Source: Carcharhinus longimanus
Taxonomy: Eukaryota
DNA: 64,000 bases
Assembly (NCBI GenBank): GCA_030264375.1
Contig: JASCQW010000112.1
Location: 45,727,709 to 45,791,708 of the forward strand
Direction: 5' to 3'
The notes beneath the pieces were generated by a model, which ran no database searches, was not told the DNA's origin, and saw only the letters and a list, made by a program, of their open reading frames with translations. Below are positions 63,868 to 64,000 of this stretch, piece after piece. The translations under genes were made by a program, and so were the position numbers. How positions within the stretch are numbered: the first letter of the stretch is position 1; every line of letters starts with the position of its first letter.

Positions 63868-64000
63868 CAAAGGGGGTTAGCACTGCTGCCTCACAGCGCC
63901 AGGGACCCGGGTTCAATTCCAGCCTCGGGTCACTGTCTGTGCAGAGTTTGCACATTCTCCCCGTGTCTGCGTGGGTTTTCTCTGAGTGCTGCAGTTTCCT
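63868..64000 (+). mobile_element. V-SINE-type SINE, 5' part (window edge)
   Basis: gttagcactgctgcctcacagcgccagggacccgggttcaattcc. Confidence 0.9.

Overview
Eukaryotic, repeat-dense, gene-poor draft-assembly window with many N gaps. The repeat set (HE1/V-SINE-type tRNA SINEs with CR1-like tails, CR1, L2 and Rex1/Babar LINE fragments, Penelope-like elements, GC-rich Harbinger-type MITEs) points to an elasmobranch, probably a shark (inference). I see no intact protein-coding gene. Main observations: (1) several decayed PIF/Harbinger transposons, with HARBI1-like transposase remnants at ~19.8-20.1 kb and ~58.0-59.1 kb and spliced Myb/SANT partner remnants at ~7.4-8.0, 13.7-15.1 and 22.6-23.6 kb. 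(2) Two of these copies share a ~1.3 kb segment downstream of the transposase that looks like a decayed third 'cargo' ORF I cannot assign to a family. (3) Four splice-compatible minus-strand segments at 12.3-13.3 kb join to a translation resembling the DC-STAMP domain, probably a pseudogene. (4) Small Penelope-end insertions with target-site duplications, three of them fold-backs, plus hammerhead-like cores. (5) A 2.2 kb inverted duplication spanning a CR1/MITE junction. All alignments and translations were done by eye; repeat boundaries are approximate.
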